A stretch of 64,000 nt of DNA from Marsupella aquatica (GCA_973895155.1 OZ316897.1:9013832-9077831), one strand, 5' to 3'. Shown: positions 38,860-52,239, counted from the stretch's first letter. A program made the numbers and translations. Notes: generated from the letters alone by a model not told the origin.

Positions 38860-39950
38860 TAGCTGAAGTCAATAGCATTGACACTTTACATGTACAAAAC
38901 CTTGTAAAATCAACGATGCCTTGACCCAGCTCATTTTTGGGATTCCCAAGCACTATAATTTGTTTAAAGCAAGGAGCTAGGATGAACAATATCAGGGTAA
39001 TTTTAAGTTTTTTATTATGCCAGGGTGAGGAATATCTCTTTGAATGAAGAATTTTCCTTATCTAACTTCCCTAGATTAATATCTGACTGTTAGATATTGA
39101 CAGATTTTAAAATAACCATCAGATCCTGGCCAGTGGAAGACAATAAAAGTGGCAAATTATAGTGATGGACTGAAGGGGAGTTACCCCGATCTTCACCACT
39201 CAATAAATGCAGGTTGTGAGCCCCTCGTGTAAGGCAGAAGACAATAGCATTGACAATTTACATATAAAAAACGCTGTGAAACAATACCGCTTGACACAAA
39301 TGATTCACAAGCACTATAATTTGTTCAAGGCAAGCAGCCAAAGAGAATACTACCAGGCCGTGACTAGTACCTTATGTGAAGGAGTAGATGCCAACAATGT
39401 TCATTATCTTATTTTCTAGATTAATGTCTACCCATTCAGTCTCTCTAGATTTAAGAATGACTGTTAGATCCTGGCTACTGGGGTCTGATGCTAGGTGGAA
39501 AGTTGCTAACGGATGACAAACAGCCAGGCAAAATTTGATCAAAAGTAGTAAGAATTTTCAATGAGGTGGAATTTGGCTAAATTTTGCCACTACAAAACAG
39601 CTGGCACTTGTGTCCCCTTGTGTAATGCAGAAGTCAATAGTATTGACACTTTACATGTACAAAGCGCTGTTAAATCAACGCCTATTGATCCACATCGTCG
39701 TTGATTCCCAAGCATTATAATTGTTCAAAGCATAGTAACGGGGTAGTTTTCAGGGTTTTCTTTTTGCCAGGGGCGAATGTCACCTAAGAGTGTTCCTTAT
39801 CCAATTTCCGTAGATTGATTACTGACTGTTGATCTCCCTGGATTCTGGCTAATGGGCTCTCAAGCTAGGTGGGAAAAGTGGTGAAGACTTTTCATTGAAG
39901 TGGAATTTGAAGAAAGTTTGCCACTAAAACAAAATCAGACATTACCCACA
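38860..39950. repeat. Three diverged ~370-390-bp tandem units
   Basis: GCWGAAGWCAATAGYATTGACA..CAAGCAYTATAATT at ~38862, ~39234 and ~39627. Confidence 0.85.
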
Positions 39951-40067
39951 ACCTAAGCAAAACGTAACATATTTACCTTTCAAATTGTAGGTCAATGCAA
40001 TAAATAGATATCATGGTTAATTTTGCAAACAATGAATACACTGATATATCATCATTTTATCAAAACA

Positions 40068-41282
40068 CTAGCTCAATACCTGTGCGTTACACAAAAGAAG
40101 TCGTGTCGGCCAAGATGTCGTTGAGAAAAATGATGTCATGTTAGCCAAGAGGTCGTGGAGAGAAAAGATGTTGTGTCGGCCAAGAGGTCTTGGAGAGAAA
40201 AAAATGTTGTGTCGCCCAACAGGTCGTTGAGAGAAAAGATGTCGTGTCGCCCAAGAGGTTGTTGAGAGAAAAGAAGTCATGTTGGCCAAGATGTGGTTGA
40301 GAAAAAAATATGTGTTGGCCAAGAGGTCGTGGACGGGGTCGTGGAGAGAAATTATGTAGAGTCGCCCTAAAGGTCATTCATTGAGAGAAAATAAGTCATT
40401 GAGAAAAAAGATGTGTCGGCCAAGATGTCGTTAAACAAAATTTGTCATGTCGGCCAAGATGTTGTTGAGAAAAAAGATGTCATGCCGGCAAAGACATCAT
40501 TGAGGGAAAAGATGTTCTGTCGGCCAAGACATCGTTCAGGAAAATACCCGTGCGTTGCACAAAAGATATTGTTAAGAAAAACTATTGTTCCTTTCAAACC
40601 TTAACCTCCCCCTTTCCCCCTTCTCCTATTTTTGGTCTTCTCTTTTTCACATTCACCATCACTCCACTTGTTCACCGCCCCCCTTCCCCACCCATGTGAG
40701 ATCGAGGGGCTACCCTACATTGCGATTGTGCCCCTTGCCTGAGCCCTTGCCATCAACACCCATGCCATGCACTTCACTATGTCTTTGGGCCTTATTACTT
40801 TTGTTTTTTTGGCATTGAAAATGACTGTAAAAATCACCACAAATATTGGGAGAATAGTTTTTTTATTGATCTAGTGACTAAAATGTTATTAACAATTAAA
40901 TTACTTTTATGGAGTCTTACCAATATTATAAAAAATTATGATGCATACAATATTGAAATATGTACAATGAATATATACAATACAAATTTGCATGTGAATA
41001 TGTACAATATTTACTTGTATGGATGTATACTCCTTGATCCTTGTACATTGATCCTTGTGCATTATGTTAAAGTCTTTCATTTCTTTTTTTGTGTGCCTTG
41101 TGTGATTATTCTTACTTGTCTTGGGCACCGGTGTAACTTTTTGTGACTCACACTAAATTCAATTCACATTTTGGCTTTATTGCTTACCTTTAACCAGATT
41201 TTTTAATTTTTGTGCCTTGCAAATTTGAATGACAACCACTCTAAAAAGTGGCGCAACTGTGTATTATAGTTCTTGATTTAGA
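40068..41282 (-). mobile_element. Non-autonomous Helitron-like element with internal minisatellite
   Basis: Minus-strand 3' end TGTGTAACGCACAGGTATTGAG-CTAG|T (hairpin + CTAG at 40068-40071, followed by T); second hairpin GTGCAACGCACGGGTAT at 40544-40560; ~35-40-bp GAGAAAAAAGATGTCGTGTCGGCCAAGA repeats at 40090-40535; candidate A|TC 5' end near 41282. Confidence 0.7.
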
Positions 41283-44200
41283 TAATTTAGATTTCCCTGA
41301 AACTGTAATTTTTGTTAAGTGTCACAAACACCCCCTAAAATTCTTTTGCAGTAACTGAAATTTTCAAGAAACATTTGTTTAATTGCTAGATACTAACCTG
41401 TAGTAATTTTTTCTTTTCAAAGCATAAATTATTGCCGCAAGTAATTTCTCTAGAATTCATTTCTTATTTTAAATAAATGCAAACACTGGTAAATCAGTTT
41501 TTTACATAAAATTCTTAGGATGCTCCTAGAATTTACATAAAGTTTTTGTCCAAGGGACTCAAATTTTCACTAATAATTACTTTTTTTTTGGTCTAACCTG
41601 ATGTCGTCATGGTACATATATTTCTGACAAAAAGATCCAATTACGGTTACCCTACCCCGAAAGGTAGACTAATAAACTTCACTTGGTTGGCACCCCCACA
41701 AAATATAAAAGTACACCACATATATTCATCATTTCCCCACCGTGATTGTAAACCATGGGTGAAAATATTGACTCGAGTAGTTCAATAGAACGGGAGCCTT
41801 GACCAACTGGAGAGCAAGACTTTAATTAATCCCCTATGCACCTCCTGTTTTATTACCATTGACGAAAAGGCCTGGGCTAGCTGATCTGTTAATTACTTAA
41901 GTTGCTTGTGTCATTGTGGGTATCGTGGCCATGTGGGTCTCTTTCTAAAATCTCTATAAACTGCTGTGTATTATTATGATTGTGTGCTTGGACTGTCGTC
42001 TGCCAGATTGTCAGATTGCCACCCATCAATCTATCTGCCAGCAGAGCAGTGTTTCAGACCCTTTTTTGGGGCAAACAATGGATCAGGGATTATTAGGGCG
42101 TTTCAAACTTTGCAGTTTAAGGAAAAAGACTTGGCCTGAAACTACCACTTTAGGTCAGCTAATGAGTGTGCAGACACTCTTTTTTGTGTCAAGCATTTTT
42201 TCCGGAAATTTGTCTTTGACCACGACCAGAGGCAGAAAGAATAGATTTGAGACTCCCTATTAAATCCACTCTGTTTTGCTTACTAGCAGTTGACAACGGC
42301 TGTTATAATGCTTAAATGCCTGTATCTATGCATAATACAGACTGCCCGTAACTAGACTCCTGGTAGCCCTTCCTACTCACAAGTATAGTTAAGTATTGGA
42401 ATGACCTCTTACCAAAAAATTAGGGTTTTAACCCTACCAAGTAGGTCATGAGCGATAGACTTCAATCACGACTTATTGAATAGACTCGCCTGACTATTGG
42501 AGCTTTTCAGAACCATGGTTGTCTTCCCTACCTGCTGCCTCACCCTGAACATGCTGCCACCCCTTTGCTGTCCACCACGCCTGTAGTCTTAATTTTCTGA
42601 GTATGTCATGAAACGTAGACTTTGCTTGCAACTAAAGTATAGAGTATACACTTCAATCACAAATTAAAGCCTGACTGACCAGGCCCACTCTTGCCATCCT
42701 GAAAGTGGCAGCCACCACAAAGTCACATTCTAGAGGCTTCAATCTAGACATCTGGAGTGTAACTTTTGCTCATGAATTATTAATTAGATTGCACCATCAG
42801 TCTAAGTCTATATGCCAGCAGGGCGGTGCTGGACAGTGTTTCACCCTTTCACACACAACGAATAGATCACGAATTATGTTGTCCAATTTATCTTGAGTTG
42901 CCAACCGTTGACAATTGCTGTTGTAATGCTGTTGGAATCATTGGAGGGATAGGGATAGTGGCCTGGATAGGGAATTGGAGCAGAATAAATGAATAATTAT
43001 CTATCTCACCAAGAGTGAGACAGTGTCAGTACGAGAATTGATGACTAACCCATCTATTCAGGGATTCCAGGCAGCTTTTTGACGACCTGTTTGTCACCAT
43101 CCTGTTGCCCTTGAGTTTCTTCCACATGTTTATGTCCATGTGGATAGATTTTCAAATTTTCCTCCTCAAAAAGGGGGTATAATGATATATCGTACTCAAG
43201 CCAGCCAAGAAATCTGTGACAATTGCCTTCCAAAATCCTATGAAGTAAAAGGGAGAAGTGACTTATTTGGCAAAAGTTTGACAGCTTGGACACGTGACCT
43301 GCACCCAGCAAAAGCCAGATCTCCTATTTGAACAAGACTACTTGTGATTGTCAACTTGTCATTGAAGAAAGAAGTCTAAAGAAAAAGGAAGTAAGTGGAG
43401 AGTTGCCAGAATACATGTGGAACACTTTTTTGAGCATTTCCATTGGTAGTCTCATTGGTGTATATTTTATGATCATGACCTTGTCCTTTTGGGGGGAATT
43501 GAGAACATGGTTAGATGGCTTGGTGCCTATGACAACTTGTCATCAAAGTGAGTGATTTGGATTTCCTCCCTCAGGTTTAGCCCTCACTTTTCTGGTTTAC
43601 CCTCACAGCATCCTCACGGTTTTTCTACTGAGAAGTTTTGAGGGAAACCAAAGAGGGGACCCAATGAAGAAACAAATGAACCGATGGTTGCCATTTAGCC
43701 CTGCATCCTTAGCGTGTTTGTATGAAAATCCTGTCACAAAGTGTTAGAGATGGTAGGGAATTTGAAGACCATGTAGGATTTGAACATGTGCCAGCCGAGG
43801 CAATTAGATGTGTTTTTGCCAAGACAGGAGAAATGCATTTGGTGACCAGGTAAAACTGCAGAATGCCAGTCAGCATTTCAAGTTGGGTTTGTGCCTGGAA
43901 AAAGATTGGGATGCTATCCACCAATGCAAGCAAAAAATGGCTCTCATCCCCGTCCGCAACACTAGAGGACTCTGATGCCAGTACCCGTGCCATACTCTAA
44001 GGGTGCCATACTCTAAGGGCTTTGTGTTAGATTTTTTTCTGCTTTGAAAGCTTTCATTGAATTCCATTCATTGAAGCATCATACTTACCTTGCACACTAC
44101 AATGACCCCTGTCCCAGGTTTGCTGTATATTTACACTTGATGGCAGGGCGTGGACACCCCACCCATTTGGTCTACTCAGGCTGGATTTTCATAACTTAGA

Positions 44201-46079
44201 TAAATTCATAACTGACAACCTTTGGAGGATTGACCAAGAGTTTTTCGAGTATTGCTGATGGATAATTCTATCACAGCAATATGTGTAAGGCAAAGAAGTT
44301 GTAAAATTAGATTTAAACCATGATTTAAATGGTGTTTTAGTGAGTAGGTAAGTTGGAGAGTCCCACTAAATACAGGTATCTGATTGGTTGAAATGTGGAT
44401 TTAGGATTTTATACCTTTCAATGTATACTCTATTATTTGTTTGCAAACTTGTTGTTACTTTGTAAATAACAGCACTTAACACCAACCTGAAGTCATTTTC
44501 AGGGGCTCATAGGAGCTTTGATTTGACCTGATGGGAATCGAGCACATATATTTTGTTTACAACAAAAGCACGCACTATGCAACATCAACAAAGTCATCTT
44601 CAAGTTTCATCAAAGTGCAATGACAAATGAGTTCCCTACTGGGGAACAAATTAGTGTCCACATACCATCATGTATATGTACAAGGCTTAGAGCATCTCTC
44701 TCAGACATAAGACTATGAGCATCCCAATTATAGCCACTAACCCAAATACCAGAGATACGTACAAGAAAGGCTTATACTCTCAAGGAATCTAAATATCAAA
44801 TATTTTTAAAGAGAAACATTCCAAGGAACTTACTATTAAAAAAACTAAAGAATACAAACAATTGAGGCATTTATCGGTGAGCCACAAAGTGACAAGTGCC
44901 AAATTGAGTGCTCTGTATCCTTTGTGTAAGGCAATACACAAAGCAGTCTATTGGCGAGCCAACTAAGGATTTAAATCACTCTAGGGTACATTGCATGTAG
45001 TTATGGTAGGGCAAAAGTGAGTGCCAGCCCGGGGTGCATAGGTGCATACTCCAAAGAAAATTATCTTGGATGGATAATTGGATTTTGATTTGGTTAGAAG
45101 GCAAAACGAGTGAGTTCACTTTCAAATTCAGTAATTGTAATTTTGTCTTGCCAAGTCTTGGTTATCAAATTACAGTTACTGAAGTTACAATTACAATCTG
45201 TATGCTGGCTATTTGAATGAAATTCATTTGGTTGTTTTGAGGCAAAAAAAATTACTATTACTGAATTTGAAGCTCATATGTTGAGTTTAAAAAGATGAAA
45301 GATGGTTGGGTTGGTTGTATCCATATTCCGCCATCGTAATTGTTTGCAGCATTTCCTTTAAATGGGACCCGTATAATAAAAGAAATGTTGGTATGGTTTG
45401 GCATGTTGTACTGAAAAATAACCTACAAATTAAGGTAAACAGTTTTCAGTTGACCCACGCGATCTCTATGTTGTCAAGTCACTCCAGAAGATTGTCAAGC
45501 TGAGAGTACTTATGGCATTTTCCCAAAGCCCAACTTAACCACCTTACTCAACATGATCATCAACTCGCCATTTGCTCTACATAGAAAGGCATCTTCTGGG
45601 TTTCACAAGTGAAGGGATGACGTCTTTAAGTCATTGGCATCGACAATGTCACCAAGTTGTAACCCTCATTTTCCAAAAAAAACCCACCTTAAGATCTTGG
45701 CGTCTCATGCTCTACGATTATCAAGTCATCAACTGCTCAGGATAGTGAGGCACTTCTGAATCTCTCGAGTAACAAGCAGGGTAACAAGATGCCATCTTCC
45801 ACCCTTAAAAATCGCAATTCCAAATTCAATGAATGTAAATGTAACAATCCAATTGCCATGGACAACATGTCAGTCCATCATGCCCACACTTTCATGGTAC
45901 TTTCATGGTGCATAAAAGTACTGCATTGAAGATTTTAAAATAAAATGCTGATCAAAAACAGTCTTTCAGCTCGGGACCAGAATCTCTTTCCTCCCAGATG
46001 ACAATTTGTAATCAGATGAACAATGGACAATTGGTGGCATTGAGTAGTATAGTGAGGATATGGAAAATGGTTTAATATC

Positions 46080-46290
46080 AGCAATTTTTTAAGTGGCCAA
46101 ATTAGCCAAATTCCACCTCCCCATAAAAGCTTTGGCCATTTTTTGGCAAAAAATGGCTAGTATTTTTCTGTCTCATTAGCCAGCATCCCACCTAATCACA
46201 GGTCCGATTAGCCAGAATCTAAGGGTCCTCCTGAAATCTAGGGAGATCTGACGGTTAGGAAAATAATCAGATAAGGAATAGTTTGAGCTT
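46080..46290 (-). repeat. Inverted copy of the 39.4-39.6 kb repeat unit
   Basis: TTAGCCAAATTCCACCTC at ~46102 is the reverse complement of GAGGTGGAATTTGGCTAA at ~39563; flanks also similar. Confidence 0.7.
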
Positions 46291-48489
46291 CTTCTCCTTC
46301 CTTCACAGACTGGACATTCGTCACTTTGGGGAAAAAGTAAAAAATCTCAAAAAATACAATGTTTAATACACAGAATCATAGGAATGTAGAAGAGGACGGT
46401 AGAAGAGACGCTATTTATACGTACATTGTGTCGTATCGCATTAGCGTGGCAGTGAAGGTAGACGGGTCATGATTTCTTCGCGGTCAGGGTCTGGAGTAAC
46501 TGAGTAATGTCCTGAGGAGTTGTACCTTTCCCCAAGATACGGGCAGCGGAACCGGAGGGCAGTCTTGTCGCTCTGTTGCGCGTAAAACTTTGATTCGCAT
46601 TCAAACCGAAACGCGAGAGCAGAGTGCATGTTGACCGGAGCTGAGTACTGACAACAGGGCCGGCAGGGCAGTAGGGCAGTCGGCAGGGGCGGGCGGGCAG
46701 CAGGGCAGGGAAAGCACTCTCCATCCGGCTGGGCCCAGGAACAACCTACTGCCCGTGCCAGTGGGGCCGTACCGGATTGGCATCTCGGTGAGCGGGAAAA
46801 ATAAAGAACTTTTTGAATAAATTTTTGGGTCGATTGAGAAATCGTTCAGGGGTCCTTTGTGAAAACTTTTGAAAGAATTTTGTGGTTTATTTGTAGAATA
46901 TTGTAAACATCCTCTCTCTTTCCAGTGAGCATAATGTTTTTTTTAATTTAAAATGGAAACTTGAAATAGACTATTCTATCCATTGAGTTATTTTGTGAAA
47001 TGAAAAATAATTAGATCTTCACGGAGGTCCAGCCCATACCAGGATGGTACTACCGCAAAAAAAGATGAAACCTGTTGTGTGCGCGCTCCAACCAGTGCAC
47101 ACCCAAATGGTCCGCCATAAGGGAGTTCTAGCAAGCTAGTCAGGTGCATGAGCATCTGGGTTCCTGAAGTGGACTTAGAGCCAACTTGCATGTCCTCAGG
47201 CCTTCAGAATGCGTCCCTCTAACTACAACATGTCATGCTGAGAATTGAAGATGCTGCCATACCTTAAGCCCGCGTTAGGTAGGCATGACAGCAGGTCTTG
47301 TGGGGACCCAAGGGCAACAGCGAGAAGCTTCTCGGCCCTTGACCTTTTCGTTGCAAATAAAATAAAAAGCGTGCAACTCATTATCAGATTTTCCACATAT
47401 GAAGCGGACATAACGGCAAAGGGCCGCATTCTGAAGGACCAATGACATGACAGTTGGCCCTCAGGGTTTCCCCTCCCCCGTCCCGTTTTCATACTGATGT
47501 AAAATGAGCTAGCCATGGTTTGAACCACCAGGAAGCTAAACCTTTGAGGGCACTCATCAGAGCACCTGCAGAGATGATTGATTGAAACTGGGAGGGTCAA
47601 TCCTGGTAGTGGATCAATCTTGGGCGGCCTTGTCATTCCAACTTGTGGAGCGGAGGACTGTCTGTGTCAGGAAGGAAAATCAGGGGACAACAATGTCCTG
47701 CCGGTAATCAAACATCAAAATATGGTAATATGGAGTGTGCATTCACTAATAACAAGATTTATCATGATATGGAGAGATATCATATGCTGTATATTTCATA
47801 TTTTGATGTGCACTTACCAGGACCAGCAATGTTGGGGTGGCGCACACTAGGGCACGGTAGGCCATGGGTGTGTCCCATCATGTACTATTATCCGGACCCA
47901 ATACTTCTGACTGACTTGTGACAGATTTTGGAACCAGTCTAAACTCTGGGAGTGCAAAACTCTACTATGGTTAGGACAAATTAGAATAGACCATGGGCAC
48001 CCCAACGCTTACCGGGCAGGATGGGCAGCACATTAAGCCCAGGAAAGATTTTGTAAGGAATGACTGACAGGGACACAGGGGCAAACGCCGGGCAGGTTTC
48101 AATCCGGGCAGGCCAGGCCTTAGAGGGGTAGGGCGGGCAGAAAGGGCAGCAGAAGAAGCGATGGAACGATTTTGTGAGATGTGTAGATTTTTATTATATG
48201 AGCCATAGGCAATGAGTGACTGACAGGGCCACAGGGCACAGGGGCCAAGGGTGGGGCACTCGGGGCAGGGGCCATCAGGAGGAGTTCGCCGATAGGTTCA
48301 TTCTGGCGGGATGACTAGGATGCGCCAATCCGGGGCAGGGGATAAGAAAGAGATTCAATAATTTCCCGCGTTATTTTAGTCCACGCGGGGAATCCGGAAT
48401 CCGGGTGCGTCACTCTCAGTTTTATGGGATCTGCCCGCCTGCCCGCCTTTATCCTGCCATTTCGAAAATAATGTCATTTGTCAAGGACT

Positions 48490-48837
48490 AGCGTGTATTT
48501 TAGTGACGATAATTCGCTATAGAGTGGGCCCACGATTTCTGGCAAGCCACCCTTAGTAGTTACCACTTTTCATAACCAATAACAAAAATTGGTTTGTTTT
48601 TACTTTGTTTTTTCACTTTAGGTTACATCATTTGATAATGTGGTTTTCTCTGAGATATAAATGTCAAGTACTACTGTAGCGTGTATTTAAGTGACTGAGT
48701 GGGCCCACGATTTCTGCCAAGCCACCCTTAGTATTTACCACTTTTAATAACCAATAACAAAAATCGGTTTGTTTTAGTTTTCTCACTTAGTTTACATCAT
48801 TTGATAATGGGGTTTGCTCTGAGATGTAAATGTCAAG
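48490..48837. repeat. ~170-190-bp direct tandem duplication
   Basis: GAGTGGGCCCACGATTTCTGSCAAGCCACCCTTAGT..TTACATCATTTGATAATG..AAATGTCAAG twice. Confidence 0.92.
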
Positions 48838-51324
48838 GGTCACAAGTAGTGCCATAACTATGTATGCGAGTGGTTTAAGGTGCTCTTTATGGGAGCAAAC
48901 CTTTACTAGTACCCATTGCTAGAGAATTACAATGGACGGGAGAATGCATCACTTGGGCTTGAAGACATTGTAACATCACCAAAATCTGCCGACGACAGTG
49001 TGCTGTGAAAACGGATAGTACTTGTGTTATGGAACCCTGCCTGTGTATGAATGTCTGAAACTGCATGTCCAACAAGCTCACTATTGCATCGTTAGGTAAC
49101 TTAGTTTTTGTCTTCAAGATGTCTGAATAGCAAGGAGACTAAGCTATCTAATGGAGCAATGATGCACAATTATTTCAGATCTCCTTTTTTGGCATTGTCA
49201 CTACAAAGTGCTCAGGCATTCTTTATTCTTTGTAGGGCCAAGACTGCTGGTTTTAGGGTCTTGAGTAAAATTTGTCTTTGCAACCCTCGTATTCAATTTA
49301 TTTAAAGCTCTACCAGGATTTTCAGCTTTGATCAATCAGACTTTAGTTCTGTTTCCATTGTAGGGGACTCTCTATCTTTGTGTCTCCTTTATCTTCCAAG
49401 GGTTTCTTTGGTTTCCTCCCGTTTTATAGGGGGTCTCACAACTGCCAGTTCCTGGTTTTGTTTTGGGTGAGCCACTTCAGGAAATTCCTTTGGCAATCCT
49501 GACTGAAGCCCAAGTTATATGACAACTTCAACTAGGGTGTGTTTGGGGTGAGATGGAATACAACACTTGGCTGCAGGTTTATTCAACATCCTCAATTATT
49601 GAATTCTCTCTTTTTCCTGAAGGGTGCTGAAATTCTTGAGGGAGCCAACACATTTGTGTGGACCAATTTTCATGCAGATGCGGGTGCACTTACCATATGA
49701 GTCAGTGATGGTAGTGTTTTTTGGAACCGCAAATTTTCTGTCCCTGAACCAGCCTGACTTATCGTAGTCACTGGCAACCTCCAAAAAAGAGCTGATTCAA
49801 GACGCCATATTGGGTCTCCAATCATCGTTTGAAATGGGCATATAGGAATTGCCCAATTTGTTTTTATAAAAAATTTACACTGCTCTTAATTTGGCAGTGT
49901 GGTGTATACGAGGGGCTTCAGGCTCAATTCAGGCTTGAATTTTGGAATGGGTGTAAAGATTGCATGATTATGGGTCCAATTAAAGACTTGCAAATTTGTA
50001 AATTTGCAGAAAGTTTCATGTCATCAATTAATTGGTTCCTTTTACAGAGATAATACACTATGAAACTCCAGTGCAATAGTGGATTCTATTTGGACATAAT
50101 GTGGTCGGCAGCTAAGGTGGGTCTGTCTGCCCGGAGGTTTGAAATTCTATTACCCGCTTGATTGACGAGTTGATTGAGCATCTTTAGCCAAAATAATTGT
50201 GGATGGTTGGACTGACAAGAGAGTACGGTAGTCCGAGCTCCTCCCCGCCGGCCAGCTATCAGAACACCTTGGAGAGATATACTTTATGGACCTCAAAGTT
50301 GAAAAGTGATACGTGATGACCCCATGAGGCCGAATAAGATTTTGGGTACGTTGGTTTAAGGTCTATTAACGATCTTGATCACTCATGGAGTCCATCAACT
50401 AACACTTTCATTTTGAGGGTCCATCATGTATCTAGCTGATAAAGCGTGATCATATATAAAGCTAATTCCTGGGCCTACTGTGTAGAGTGAATCCTCTAGA
50501 CCGTAAATCTAAATGAGTGCATAACTGAAAGTGAGGGTGACGACAAACCCAAGAGGGGGCAACCATGAACAAAGGAATAAGAGGGTTCTGCAAGGTTGTC
50601 TTTGTCTCTTCTCTTCTCTATTTACCTTTAAGGAAGGGGTAATCAGGCTAGTATCTTTTGAAAACTCAAGACACTCCCTAAGATGTAATTCTATCCATAA
50701 TCCATGAATTTCTTATCAGGTAACGCCGTCCGGTCAATATCCATCGAATGGTCCAACTGGAAGCGGGCACTTGTGATGTCACATCAGTTGAGGAAAAGTA
50801 GTGCAGGCTGGCAAAAAAGAACACTGTTGGCTCTCTCTAAGTGCAAAATACATAAATGCAAAATGGTATAACTGCAAGGCGTCTTGTTCCTCCTAATTTC
50901 TAGAAGTTGTTTTGCACCTTTTTGGGCACCTCTAAGTGCAAACAGACCAAACCCATTATTTTTAAGTACAAACCCTTGATGAGGTATATTGACACTGATC
51001 AGTGTACTTTATAAGTGCAAACACTTGATAATTGTATATGGACACTTACCAGTGAATGCACAACCCCATCAAATCTTGGTTGAGAGTCACTAGACTGTTC
51101 ATTGATGAACTATGGACTCTTATCAATAAGCACACAATTCTTTTGATTTGCACTTCTCACATACTACAAATCTCCTACAAATCTCCGTTGGTGTCTTCTC
51201 GGATGTGTGCACTAAGACAGAGCTGACTGTAAACAACAATCCTTGTTTCTTGCTGACAGGCAGGGTTTGGGAGAAGGACGGCGGAGTGCGGCCCGTCGAT
51301 TGGGAGGAGATGAGCGGTCATCGA

Positions 51325-52080
51325 CATGGGCAAGGGAGAAAACTTTCCGTCATGATCCTATGCATAGCAATGAAAGAATTACTCCTTAAAATTTGCCACA
51401 AAAATACCCTGGTGCCAAGAGCAAGAGAAAAGAGTTTCCTTCATTATCCCATGTATAGGAATGAAATAATTACTCTTTAAAAATTCTATCCCTAAAATGT
51501 GCCACAAATAAAAACCATTGGTGCCAAGGACAAGGGAGCAAAGTTTCCTTCATTATCCCATGCACAGGAATGAAATAATTACTCCTTAAAATTCTATCCT
51601 TAAAAATTTGCCACAAATAAAAACCGTTGGTGCCAAGGGCAAGGGAGCAAAGTTTCCTTCATTATCCCATGCATAGGAATGAAGGAATTACTCCTTAAAA
51701 TTCTATCCTTAAAATTCGCCACAAATAAAAACCACTGGTGCCAAGAGCAAGGGAGCAAAGTCTCCGTCAATACCCATGCATATAAATGCAACAATTAATC
51801 CTTGATTCGACACAAAAAAATAAGCCACCAAAAATTAAAAGACGCCGGTTCCAAGGGCAAGGGAGCAAAGTTTCCGCCATTATCCGATCCAAACAAAAAT
51901 GAAAGAATCACTCCTAAAAAATTCGACTCCCCCCAAAAAAAACGCCACCCAAAAAAACGGAGGTGCCAAGTGGGCGGCAAGCGAGAATAAAAATTCCCCC
52001 TTCTCGTACCGAAGAAAACGCTGGTGCCAAGTGGGCTGCAATCGAGAAAATTTCCCCCCCCTCCTCGTACCGCGGAACAA
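51325..52080. repeat. ~110-bp tandem array (4 good and 3 decayed units) upstream of the LPTEWTY gene
   Basis: GGTGCCAAG..CAAGGGAGCAAAGTTTCCTTCATTATCCCATG units at ~51410, 51520, 51630, 51737, then 51847, 51962, 52024. Confidence 0.92.
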
Positions 52081-52239
52081 GGAAATAAAAAAGTCACTCG
52101 CGAACAATTAATGAAACCATCCCGTACGGCAGTGCCCTCTGCCCGTACATACATGTACACCCTGCTGCCCCCCTCCCCATCCATCCATCCATCCATGATC
52201 CATGCATCCATCCGCTCGTGTGCCCCCCACAAACCTAGG

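Noticed and set aside
46424-46470. Minus-strand PSTFTATLMRYDT resembling the p28 N-terminus, suggesting a frameshifted first coding exon
   Set aside because: An intact in-frame first exon (MSTP..SLLKYGNASVV) exists at 35233-35126; the resemblance is short and likely chance.
48930-49300. Cys-rich decayed frame reminiscent of a LINE zinc-finger region
   Set aside because: Too many stops and too little motif to support a call without a search.
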